Positions 47,726 through 59,290 of a stretch of 64,000 nucleotides of DNA are shown here, one piece after another. The stretch is taken from NCBI GenBank assembly GCA_048772705.1, contig JBLWGC010000160.1, forward strand, positions 42,692 to 106,691, written 5' to 3'. A model generated the notes under the pieces. It was not told the DNA's origin. It was given only the letters and a program-made list of their open reading frames with translations, and did no database searches. The DNA comes from Leidyana gryllorum EB-2025a. Lineage: Eukaryota; Protista; Apicomplexa. The position numbers and the translations under genes are program-made. Position 1 is the stretch's first letter; the number at the start of each line of letters is the position of its first letter.

Positions 47726-47838
47726 CTTGATAAAATGTAATAAAATGGGATTTCTCAGACTACACAATCTCCTAAAGGCATAACGAAACCACCAGTCCAA
47801 ACGGGTCACACTTCGCAGCAATCTAGAATCTGCTTCAC

Positions 47839-50007
47839 TCATCTAATTCGAACTGCAAAGATGAGCTGACCAGCAGTTCCGTTTTGACACCTCTTGCCGT
47901 GACGTTCCCCCTCGACCAATGACGTGTGAGCATCCCCCCCCTGTGCTAGCTGACTGACACTGATTCTAGTTCTAAGTCTTCTAAGCGCAACTACCTCTCT
48001 CACTCTTTGACTAAGGCTCTCTTTCCTCAACTCAGAATCATCATCGTGCCACATAGACGGGAAAGAGGGCGGGCGGAGGGGAATGGAGGGTGGCTTACCT
48101 GGAACTATGGTGCAGAATGCAAAGACGAGCAACAGTAAGTTGCTCGCGTGTGGAGGTAAAAAGTTGTTGGCGATCAGGGCGAAAGGGGAGCTTCCTCGTA
48201 ACTTGACCAGTCCCGGGAAGGCTACAGCCACAATGATCGGCACTATGGTTGTCACTCCCAAGGCCGTGGATGTCGCTCTCCATATCGCTTGGCTGATGCT
48301 GACGTCCTCTTTGATCTCATTGACCAGTGAAGGAATGGTGTCAGTGACTCCCCAGAGTTTCGCCAGAGTGATGAAGACCAGAAACTTGCGAGGCACCATG
48401 ACCCACCACCGAGGCCAAGCGGGCTTGGAGTGTGTCTCTTTCTTGTAGCGTGATTCAACAAACTGTTGGATGCGTAAGTCGCGTACTCTGGCGGCCCAAG
48501 CTGGATCTGGGCACACCACCAGGTTGGACTCCAGCATGGCTTCAAAGCAGAGATCGGTAAAGCAAGTTCCACAAGTGTGGCCCAGCGCCATCGTGTCTGT
48601 CAGGCCTCGCACAGTGGCCACATTGTCGCTTCCCAGGAATGGAGTCATAGAGAGATAGTTGAGTTGGACGGCCGTGATCCCGGGCACGTTCATCCAGTTT
48701 GCAACTTCGCCGAGCTTCTGAGCCCGCACCAGTGACGAGACTCGAGTGCAGGCGATAGTGTCGCGGACGCTTGCCACCCCGGAGGACGACAGCGCAGTAG
48801 TAGATACAAAAAGGTGTTTCCAATTTAGGGTAACGCGCCGTACGGCGCCGAAAGTGGCCGCGGAGACACTTCTCAGCGCTTCATACTGCCGACCCACAAT
48901 GCCCTTCATAAAGATTATTACACCGTTTCGGGGCAGACCCAATCGTGTCGCTATCGCCGTCAAATATTGCCAAAGGTACTTCCACAACGGAATTCGGGGT
49001 ATACATATTAGTGTCAGCGCTGCCCAAGCCATGGCTGTCATCCCAATGGCAACGGAGCGTAGTACTGCATCGTCTTCGAGATTGCGTCGGCACAGGTAGA
49101 TCAATATCGCCGCGAGAATGACATATCCCAAACTGAAGGACACCACCGGTTCCAGTCCGCCGGCTTCCATCATCTTCTCATCCAACGTGACTTGAAACAC
49201 CCAAGGAGGAATAGCAAAGCGCTCCTTCAGCGGTAGGGAAACACCATCGCTCAGCAGTGGTTCTATAAGTAGACTGGGGATTATACTCTTCTCCCACCCC
49301 ACGGAAATCCTGCGATGCGGTTTTCAACGTCAGTTCGTGCCACTGTGCCCCTAAGCTGGTTGGTGCTCACCCCAGGATGGGAGACACACACACCCCAAAC
49401 ACTCTGCTGCTTACCGATATCCGAACAAAGGGTTGATTAGAAGAGCATCGAAGGTTCGTACGAGATCATTGAAGGCTAATAGTGATTGGACAGTGAGAGC
49501 GTGGAAGGCGATCTCAATAACCCATGCGGTAGCTTCCCCAAGGAAGTGCTGTACCATCGCGACATATTCATATCTTTGCTCGAGTAATTGATTTCCAGGA
49601 AGCATTGTCATTGCTTTTGCGGTCATTAGAGAGCACATTGTAGCGAGCGCGAAGCTGATTACAGTGCAGCAAAATATAGGTACCCATCCCAGAGCGACAT
49701 AGCCATAAGGCAGTACAGCAACGTCTCCCGAGAGGACTTGTTGGACAATCATGGCGACGGCGGTCCATGCTCCGATAGTCTTCTTGCCACCCACGGCGGC
49801 TAACTTGGGTTCTGAAGCCACCAGGCCGAGTTTGGGCTTGAAGCGGGCCGAGCGTTCAAGTTTCCGGCTGAGCATCTCAGCCTTCTTCATTATATTGGTC
49901 TTCGTTGGCCACCATCTTTGCGTCAAGCCCGAAAGACCAGCGCTGCCACCGCCTGCCAGATGAGCTGATACTGATCCTCTTCGGTTTACACGACTCTCAT
50001 CCACCAT
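47839..50007 (-). CDS. Amino-acid transporter-like (Aa_trans/APC fold) protein with a large insertion, apparently C-terminally short
   Basis: Motifs KKTIGAWTAVAMIV...LPYGYVALGW, LPGNQLLEQRYEY, FSLGYVI and TIPSLVNE; intron about 49310-49414. Confidence 0.65.
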
Positions 50008-50080
50008 TACCCAAAACAGCAAATTTCTTCTTATTCTACCTAGACGACTATGGGTGGGTTTGAAATGAAACTGCACCACC

Positions 50081-53000
50081 TCACAGATGGTCTTCTTCTC
50101 GGTGAGGTCGGAAACACGTGCGGAAGATGAAGTATCCGAACACGCCCAAGCCCAGAACGCCCGCTCCAGCGGCGGAGAAAATCTTAATTCCATGCTCGTC
50201 TATGATATCCTTCCATGGAGTACACTTCTCGACATTGCACGCTATCTCCTCGACGAAAGGGCCGGGACAGTCTCGACCAACAGTTATGTATCGAGTTCTA
50301 TTCTGAAGCCCGCCTCCGCACGGTAGAGAGCACTCGGACCACTCCGACCACGTACTGTACTCACATTCTCCCGATCCACACTCCCTAAGCATACATTCGC
50401 CTTCCTGGTATTGGTAAGGATCACAAGTTGACCCTGAAGATGTCGTGGGACGCCTACGCGACTTGGTACCGAGACCGCATTCGGCCGAACAGTCAGTCCA
50501 GGGCTCCCAAAGGCCGTACTGACACACTCCACACGTCTTCTCATCCTCCATCAAGAACTTTCCGGTACGGCAGGTGCAAGTGTAATTGGACAACCCGGGA
50601 GCGTCCAGACCGACACTGCAAATGTCGGAGCACTGATGAGTGTTCTCGGCGCATTCGTCAATCTCTTGGCAGCAATCTGATCAGAAGTGGAAAATGGTGT
50701 TTGGAGCACCGCACATCACTAACCTTGGCAACCAGCCTGGATTTTATCGTTGTTACTGTAGTCCCTATATCCCTGGTAGCACCGGCACTGATATCCTCCC
50801 GGCAAGTTCTGACAAAACGCAGTCACGCGATCGCACGCCGGCACCTCGGGATCGCCCATAACGCCTTCAATACATTCGTCGATATCGGAACACGCGTGTT
50901 CAGCGTCGTCAGCTCGATATCCCCAAGCACAGGTACATTTGTAGTCACCGTCTAGCACGTCACATTGGGCAAACTCTGGACCCTGACACTTGTTATAGGG
51001 CGAACTACAGAATGGTAGAGCTGAAGATTGATAATTGAAGTAGGGCTCTGCTCAAATCTTGAGATCACTCACTTTCGCAATAGTGGTTGTTGCTTCCAGG
51101 TGGGTTCCAGAAGTTATTTTTGCACTCGCAGTGGTAGTCAGGGGGATCTTTGGTGAGATCGGCGATACAGGTTCCGCGATGGGGGACGTTGCAAAGGTTG
51201 TCTCGGCCACAAAAATTGACCGGATCACACCTTTCAACGTCTACTTCACCAGTGATTGGGTCTTCCGGGTGCTCGTATCCACTGGCACATTCACAAACGA
51301 ACGTCGGAGGATGTGTGTCTTGTTGGACACACAGACCGTTGGGTTTGAAGCAAGTGTTTTGCATCGAACAGAGATCGGGTGGCACGCATTTGTGATGATC
51401 CCTCGAGGGATTCACGTAGTCTGCAGTGCAGTCACACCGATAGTCGACAGGGTGGTCATAGATCGGCACGCACTTGCCGAGCCGCTCGTCCTCGCACTCG
51501 TTAGGCAACGCGCAGTAGTTCATCGGTTCGCATACTTTGTCTTCTATTTCGCCGGGTTCACCTCCAGGCTTGGGCAGATGCTCATATCCGGTACCACACT
51601 CGCAAGTGAAGTCCGGTGGGTGAGTATCAAGTTGGCGACAAGTGCGTCCGGGGCCCACACACAGGTCTTGCTGACTGCAGAGATCAGGAGGGACACATTG
51701 ATGATGATCGCCAGTTGGATTGACGTAATCTGTTGTGCAAGCACAGTGGTAGTCAGGAGGATGGTCGAAGCTGGGGACGCAATGGCCTCTTTCGTCCTCT
51801 GGGCACAGATTTCCGGGTTCCAGACACATATCCTTTGGTAGACAGACTTCATCATCTTCAGGATCGTTCGCGTAGCCCTCTGTGCATTGACACTTGAATG
51901 TCGGAGGGTGAGTGTCCTGTTGAGTACACACTCCGCCGGGGCCAACACACTTGTCTTGCAGTGAACATAGGTCCGGTGCTGCAGATTAAAAGAAAGGGAA
52001 TGATTGGTGAGTGGTGGTATGAATTATATGCAGTTGTATCAGAGTGCCTAATGATAGTGTATAAAGTCGCAAGCCGAGTCCCGAAGCAGCTCGCATGAGG
52101 ACAAGGTCAACCTGTTACACCCAGAGTTCGACAACTAGAAATCTCCCTCGACCTGCCTGGAGACACAGACAGTGTGAGACTCTCGAGGTTCCGTCAGGTG
52201 AGTGGGAACGCAGTCAGTCTATCTATTCGGGCGAGTCGGCCTCAACACACTCCCGTCTCTTTGGCGGTATTGTCCAACCCGACATACATTCGAGCCTTGC
52301 TCTCATCAAAGGCGCATGTTCCAGCGACACCAGATTACTCAGTCAGAAGTAGGCGGCTGTAAGGCGACGTGGGCCTCGCGAAGCCATCTTTGCCCTCATC
52401 AGACTGTATAAAAAGGTGGCGAACACACTGGTGACCCCTGAGGTACTGCTCTAACCCCCCCATGCCCGTCATTGATTGGCTGTGGTAGCGCCGCCGTCAG
52501 ACGAGAGTATCCCCACTCAGAGTAACTGTGGAATCGAGACGCGCAGGAGAGGGAAATATATCACCGAAATGGGTGACTCACAGAAGACTACACTCACTGA
52601 TCCACTCCGAAGACTCTACTTGAGCGACCGGGAACGAAGAGAAAGAGCTAAAGACCACAACTGGCACAGCACACAAAGATACGTTACCATCTTTGAGTGA
52701 GCAAACGAAGCCCCACCCGCCCGCCCGCTCGCTCGTTTGCTCGAACTCAAAGAGATCTCTCACATTCACAAGACGGCCAAGCTTTGCTTACCTCCACAAG
52801 TATGGATGTTGCCAGCAGGGTTGACGTATCCGTCTTCACAAACGCACTTGTAGTCCGGATAATTCTCTTCGTAGGTCGATACACATTGCCCCAAGAGGGG
52901 GTCCTGGCACTCATTCTCTCCCCGGGCGCAGTAGTCAATGGGAATACACTGCTCTGCGTCACCAGGGGCCCACATGAACCGATCATGGCATTGGCACTGG

Positions 53001-53941
53001 AACATAGGGGGATGTGTGTCTTGCTGTACACAAGTCCCCGTCTCGGGTTTGCAGCTCGTTTGTGCAGCGCATAGATCGGGAGCTGCAATGACAGATTGTC
53101 AACATTGATTCTTGTGGGGCGCCGACCACATGCTCACACACACTCACATACACTCACCAACGCATGTTCTGGTGTTGCCTTCGGGATTGATATAGGGCGT
53201 TTTGCATTGACAGCTGTAGTCCGGTGTGGGCAGAAAGCGCGCGACACAATTCCCCCTATTGATATCCTGACACTCATTGGGCAGTGTGCACATGTCTTGG
53301 GCAACGCAACTGTGATAGTTGCTGTCGGCGGGCGTATAGCCGTAATTGCACTGGCATTCCCAGACGGGTGGATCGAGAGAGTGTTGAACACAGTTGCCAC
53401 TGGGGGCCGTGCAACTCGATTGAGCCGCACACAGATCGCCGGCTGCGAAAAGAAGGAATGGGCAGAGGTATCATTGAGGGCAAAGGTATCATTGAGGGCA
53501 AAGGTATCATTGAGCCACATCGATCTGTGATCTATTGATCCCCGGAAAAGAGGGGACCAGCGAGTCTTTGTGGAAACCAAAGATCACTCCGACCGACGAT
53601 TGTGACTCGACTCTCAGAAAGCGATACACTCACGCACTCACCTGGGGCCTCTCCTTCGGATGGCGTCTCTTCGGCGGGGGGTTCGTCGTCACCGCCGTCA
53701 CCGCCGTCGCCTGGGGCCTCCTCGCCGTCACCGCCGTCGCCTGGAGGGTCGTCTTCTCCGTCACCGGCTGGCGGGTCTTCGTCGGCGCCGTCTACGCCTT
53801 CATCGAGACGGCGAAGGTAGAGGAGGGAGTCATCAAAGGGGTCCGTTGAAGCCGGGTCAGTAGATGTGGCTGCTGGTTTGAGCCGTTTAATGTGAAAAGC
53901 GCTGAGGGACTCTGACATTTCAGTCGGTTGTGGTTGCAGCA
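50081..53941 (-). CDS. Microneme-type adhesin: about 13 EGF-like modules + 2 TSP1 + TM + short tail (multi-exon; 5' end unresolved)
   Basis: Repeated DLC...C...C...PP.F.C.C..GY modules, Ca-binding EGF starts (DIDEC, EIDEC), TSP1 motifs WEPWTDCSAECGLG and WSEWSECSLPCGGG, and TM IKIFSAAGAGVLGLGVFGYFIF. Confidence 0.88.
53461..53514. repeat. 18-bp tandem repeat x3 in an adhesin intron
   Basis: (ggca[g/a]aggtatcattgag)3, directly visible. Confidence 0.9.
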
Positions 53942-54004
53942 CTGTAAAGGTATTAGCGGAGTGCATGAGTTACTCATTTTTGTGTTAATTCAATTAAAAG
54001 TAAA

Positions 54005-55591
54005 TCAGTGCGCTTGAGACTCCCGGATGATACCCACTTGTTCCAGAAACGGATTGGGGTGACAGGCGAGGATTGCACACCACTGAATCTCTCGGACGTC
54101 CACATCAACCGGTCCTCGCAGCCAAAAGTGTGTCTGAGTATTGACGTAGCGAACAGCTTTAGCCACCGGCATGTCAAATTCCAATCTCAAAACTCGTAGT
54201 CTCTCTGCCGGGGCGGTTTTAATTGGACTTCGATACGTCCCCACTCCGTATCGGAGCTCAATGTCTTTCTTCAATGGATTCTGGATGTATAAGTCATAAG
54301 TCAACCACAGCTTCGATGGATCCTCTCCACACGCCTTGGTATCCATATTGTGCACAATCGGCTGCATCTGCCGCCACGGCGATATCGCCGCCGGTTTTGC
54401 CGCACCTGTCACTCCCCGGATCACCGACTGAGCCGCTTCTCGAACCGATTGAGTCTCCAAAAAGACAAAAGGCGGCCGTCTCCGGTCCTCGGCCAGCTTG
54501 GGAGGGTACCGAGGTCGGGGACCATTCCCATCGTAACGATCAACTACGAATGGATGTCGACTCCGCGCAAACACACCACGGCTATCCGGAAGCGATCGCA
54601 TCAGACTGTCACCCAACTCGATCAATTCCATCGCTCTAATCGTCTCTGATGCCGTAACAATAATTTGAAACGTCATTTGCTTGGCATCCGCGCTCAATGC
54701 ACTCTCCATGTCTATGACCCGATCCCACGTCTCCTCGTGGAAGGGCTCTTGTAACGCCCATTGCAGCGTATTCCGGAGAGCTTGCGGAATCAGATACTTC
54801 ACTTTCGCCGGAATTGACGCAGCCTTTCTCAAGAAAGCCTCGCGGTCTTCAATGTCGTCCCGAGCACCAGCCTCCCCCTCACTGGGTGGTGGTGGTGTCG
54901 GCTGCTCCTCCAACTCCCCATCACCTCCTTCTCCGTCCTTCTCCGGCACCGTAAGCGCTGGAGTGGTCTTCTTTGCCTTTTCGGCCGCTTGAGCGGCTTC
55001 CTGTTCCCGCTTCCCCTTCTCCTCCAACTCCTTATCGTGTTTCGCAGCTGCCGCAGCCACCAACTTTTCGTTCCCCTGTTCCATGTCTGCATCCACCGCT
55101 TCCCAGTCCCCATCAGTCTCCTCCATAGATGCACCCTCATCGTCAACGACCGCCGCAATGTCAGCATCGTCCGCCGCAGGCGTCTCCAGTTGCTTTATTG
55201 GGGTCGACATCGCCTTCTCCACCAATACCTTGTCGGCAACCTTACCCAATACCAGACTGAACCGCTGCACGGCTCGTGGGAGGATCTCATAATGCTCTGG
55301 CTTCACGATAGGATTCGACACCGCCATTGTGGGGCACTCGTGCTTCAACTTGAGTGATCGCTTGTCAAACTTGCAATTCCATTCAAGCATCAAATGCCGC
55401 TCATCCGGACCCTCTATTGACTTTCCCGCCTTATTCCGGATCCCTTCCATACTCATCCGCAGAGTCGTACATACAGAGTCGGGAGATAACACACCGATAC
55501 TCAACCCACCCCATACATTGCCAATCGACAAACACACCGGAAGCCACCAACGAAGCATCACCTTGCATGCATGCAGGAACACTTGGGTCAT
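54005..55591 (-). CDS. Hypothetical protein with possible signal peptide; may be the first exon of the EGF/TSP1 adhesin
   Basis: Long ORF with hydrophobic MLRWWLPVCLSIGNVWG near the N-terminus and an acidic/coiled central region. Confidence 0.65.
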   Translation of the reverse strand: MTQVFLHACKVMLRWWLPVCLSIGNVWGGLSIGVLSPDSVCTTLRMSMEGIRNKAGKSIEGPDERHLMLEWNCKFDKRSLKLKHECPTMAVSNPIVKPEHYEILPRAVQRFSLVLGKVADKVLVEKAMSTPIKQLETPAADDADIAAVVDDEGASMEETDGDWEAVDADMEQGNEKLVAAAAAKHDKELEEKGKREQEAAQAAEKAKKTTPALTVPEKDGEGGDGELEEQPTPPPPSEGEAGARDDIEDREAFLRKAASIPAKVKYLIPQALRNTLQWALQEPFHEETWDRVIDMESALSADAKQMTFQIIVTASETIRAMELIELGDSLMRSLPDSRGVFARSRHPFVVDRYDGNGPRPRYPPKLAEDRRRPPFVFLETQSVREAAQSVIRGVTGAAKPAAISPWRQMQPIVHNMDTKACGEDPSKLWLTYDLYIQNPLKKDIELRYGVGTYRSPIKTAPAERLRVLRLEFDMPVAKAVRYVNTQTHFWLRGPVDVDVREIQWCAILACHPNPFLEQVGIIRESQAH

Positions 55592-55616
55592 GAGTCTCTC
55601 TTTCTCAATGCAACAT

Positions 55617-58422
55617 TCACTCAAAATCCCGACCTTTCAATTTCTCCGTCGCACTGAACTCCTCCCCACACGAATCCCTCATCTCTTTGCCTTTCTCGTG
55701 ACTCTTGCGCTGACGACGACGCTCCATGCACACCCACCGGAAAGCATCAGCCCGTCCGAGATCATACAACTCGCGAATCGTACTGTCGTCCTCCGTAGGA
55801 TTCAATGCATAATGAAACAGTAGCCGCCAACTGAACGTCGTCGTCGGAATCCCCCGGTGGTGCTCCCCGCGGTGACTATCCACCGAACTCCGGCTCCGCC
55901 GCCGAGAGATCCCGCTCACGTCATTTGTCATCGCACGCGTGCTACTCAGTCCCACAGGACGATGATCCTCACCAGAGCTCTTCCGAGTCGGTGGCTCATT
56001 CTGCACCGGCCCGCCGCCGCCACTCATCGAGTTGGCCAGTAAGGCTCCCAACCAACCCCCAAAGAACCGTCCCTTTCGGGCATCGGCCTCATGCTGTGAG
56101 TGATCGTCGTCCAAGTCGCTCTCAGCCAGCGGTGGGCTCCGCGTGCCTCGGCTCGTCTCGCCCCTATCCGACTGCTGATGAATCTGCTTTACCGTTTGAT
56201 TGTGGTCACGACCACTGTTCCGCCGTAAAGAGAAGCGCGAACGTCGCTGCTGCTCAATTGAGCTCCTTCCGTCCATCGATTCACCGCGGCGACTTACAGG
56301 AACCTCGGTGGGCAACCGGTCTGACTGAGATCGGGCTTCAAAGCACGACCCAGACAGTCGCCTCCGCCAACTTCGTCTTCTGCCTACGGGGTGAGCTTCC
56401 TTTGAAGGCTTTTCAGTCGCTTCTTCCTCCTCCTCCGGGATCGGATGCGGTACTCCCGCGGGGGCTATGGAACACACGTCAGCCAAACGACTAAAGTACT
56501 GCCGTGTGGGCAGCACTTCCTGACTTGCCGCACTCGTGTGCATATCCGGAGCAGGTAAGGGATCCCTCATTAGCTCCTCACTACTCCTTATCCTCCGAAT
56601 GGCTTCTTCGGCAATGGCTTGGTGCTCCAGGGATTTCCCCAACTCGTCCAGCCCACGTTGCAGGTCAGCCACGCGCTCACGGTCAATGAGATTCCCTGGG
56701 TCCTCGATCCCCGCTGAGGGTAAGCGGCGACCGAACTGATCCTCATCGGGGGGCGTGGCGGTGAAGTTCAATAGTCCGTCGTCATCCCCCGCAGATAAAT
56801 CTTCTACAATACCTGGCGGACCAGGTGTCGAGGGAGCAGATCTGGGGGGCGCTTTCTCGGGCCGGGTCAAGAAGACCGACCCTCGCCGGAACTGCTGAGT
56901 TGCCGGGCTTGTAGCGGTAGCTTCCAGTTCAGCTTTCTGGGCCACGGACTCATCATTCGCTTTTGAGGTCGCGGACTCATCATTCTCGCCGTCCAGCACA
57001 GCATCGTCTTTGTTGAATGGCTCGAATTCCTTTTTGAAGAGGATGCGAGCCGCCTCGCGATGGTCGACCTTCTGTTCAACTGGTGGTGGGACCGGGGGTC
57101 TCGCGGGGGGCTCTTCAGTGGGTCCCACAGGAAATGGCGGCAGATCATGGCTGGGTGATGGGTGCGGTTGTGGAGGCACCACCACGGTCGTCTCCAGCTC
57201 GCCGCTCTCGCCGAAGGGTACAAAGGCCGTGGGAGGCGCCGGATTTAAGCGTAAATAGGTCTGGAACTCCTGAATCTCTTTGGTGCTGATGTTCCGGTCC
57301 ATCAGCGACAGATCAGGCGAGATCACATCGCTCGTTTTGCAATGACTCAAGACCTGCTTCCGAGAAAATGGTAAAATACGGATAACACGTCGGCAATGTG
57401 GCACATTCGGACACCCAAAGTTCTTGCGGTCGGCAAAATACCCATCAACCGCTTGATACCCTGTAAAACGCACGTCATGATCGAGTTCTTGAGCAGCGTA
57501 AGAGCACGCCAAAAGCAGCACACACACACAAGGAGACGCGGGGTAAGCACGCAGACATGACAATGAGATTTAGTGGAAGCACAAATGCAGGGATGGCTCC
57601 AAGCCCCTAAAGTCAGCAGGGGCGGAGTTGTAGATGCTCAATATGAAGCTTGGGAGTGAGTGTGTCTCACGCACGGCTTTCGGCGCTTCTATATCGCACG
57701 ACTAGAGCTTCACTTACCCCGGCAAGCAATTGTGGGCGTTCGTGCAAAGTAGAATGGGATGTTGCAAGACGCCAGAATGCAGCTGATGTAGTCATCGCGG
57801 CTTTCGAATGCAAAAGGCGCTTGTGCTCGCCAGGGCATGACAGTGGTATAGACAACATATCCTTCTCCTGGTCTGTTGTTAGCCACTTCATGGGCATCGG
57901 GAGGGAGGACAGCATCGAGCTCGCGATGGAGGAGTTTCTTGAGGCGTCTTGCTGTGCCTTTCACTCTGACAGCAGCGTAGTGTGTGTGTGCGGTAGGCGT
58001 GTCTACCTGAGATTGCTTTCGAGTCGATAGATACATTGTAGGGTGTCGAATGCAGATAGATTTTGTACAAGAGTCGCAACAGTGATTGAACCAGCGGAGG
58101 CGCCCGCGAGCGGAGTGTGTTCAGTGATGATACCTGCATCTACGAGGTATTGACCCACACCGAGGTGATAGGGAAGGAGAAGGCCCGCAGGGCTGAAGCT
58201 GAAACCGAGGGGTCGTTGATGGGTGATACGGGGTATTGATGGTGGAGGGCGGGGTGGTGGGGGCACATTGTGCTCTGGATCCTCTGGTGGTGGTGTGGGT
58301 GATTCATATTGGACAGCAGTAGCTATTTGTCGGCCCAGGGAGGTGGCTTGGTCAACAGTGACATTCCAGATGCCATCGGCCGTTCCAATGACCGAGTTGG
58401 AGAGGTCCCTCCACAAACTCAT
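55617..58422 (-). CDS. Patatin-like phospholipase with a long low-complexity insertion/tail (multi-exon)
   Basis: Motifs GFSFSPAGLLLPYHLGV, LAGASAGS (GxSxG), ASCNIPFYF, VDGYF (DG motif) and LYDLGRADA. Confidence 0.85.
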
Positions 58423-58500
58423 TGGTGTTTTTCTCTCTCGGGCGGAAGAATGGACAGACAGGGGCGAGTGGGCTCGCTCGGATCCCGGGGGCAGGGCGCG

Positions 58501-59057
58501 ATGCCCACAATCATTCTGTTCGTTTGTTTAGTGCTAATTCTCGCTCTGTCCACCTTCGCGCCGACAGGTGAGGAATAGACTGACTGTGTGGTGGACAGAC
58601 AGTCACTCCAGTGCGGTTTATCACTGAGCCGGGGCTCGATGGCGACCCTTCAGTGTGGGAAGATCACGGGGCGAGAGCTCCAGTGCCGACTATTGGCGTA
58701 TTGTTTCAAATGATGATTGTAATATCTCTGGTGGCTTGGGTGGGAGGTTTAGTACATTGGATTACCCGCGAAGCGCGGGCAATCGATTGGTATGACCGGC
58801 ATTTACAGGAGAGGCAGCACGCCATCCTTCCTAACCCGTGCACATCAATGTCGATGGCGCCGAAGATGGGCGCCGCTGTGGATACCATGAGTGACAACTT
58901 TTGGGAAGCTATTCCCGGAGTGGTTGCTGGTGGAGTCGTCGGCGAATTACATACTGGCAGTGCCGTTCGACAAGCGGCCAGTGTTCTTGGCAGCGGCGCC
59001 AGCCACTATCGGCAGCAGGCAAGCCTCGCTCGCAGCCGTAGGAAGTCTCGAGTCTAA
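58501..59057 (+). CDS. Small membrane protein (2 exons)
   Basis: Exon 1 (MPTIILFVCLVLILALSTFAPT) is spliced across 58568-58611 to the 58611..59057 frame, which has a second hydrophobic helix. Confidence 0.55.
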
Positions 59058-59149
59058 ATGGTGTCGGTCGAATGTTTCCGTTCATTGCTAGTATATTATT
59101 GAGGGATTGCGAGCGAGCGCGACGGCCAGCCAACAAATCAAGCAGCTAC

Positions 59150-59192
59150 CTGCGTGCGTGCGTGCGTGCGAGCCTGCCTGCCTGCCTGCCTG
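59150..59192. repeat. (TGCG)n/(GCCT)n compound microsatellite between convergent genes
   Basis: Directly visible. Confidence 0.85.
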
Positions 59193-59290
59193 CTGCGTCG
59201 GTTCTGTCTGTACTGTGTATACACGATCAATAATAGCGAGAGCGAAGAAGAAGAAAAATAATGGTATCATCGGTAGCGATGTCAGTCTAA

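Noticed and set aside
46847-47740. 297-aa plus-strand ORF (and similarly 51059..51841)
   Set aside because: Antisense shadows of the UNC-93-like and EGF exons, with no domain signal of their own.
52285-52405. Hammerhead-like core on the minus strand (TTGATGA-GAGC-aag-GCTC-GAAT, and a nearby CTGATGA)
   Set aside because: The core deviates from CUGAnGA...GAAA, and I could not form stems I and III.
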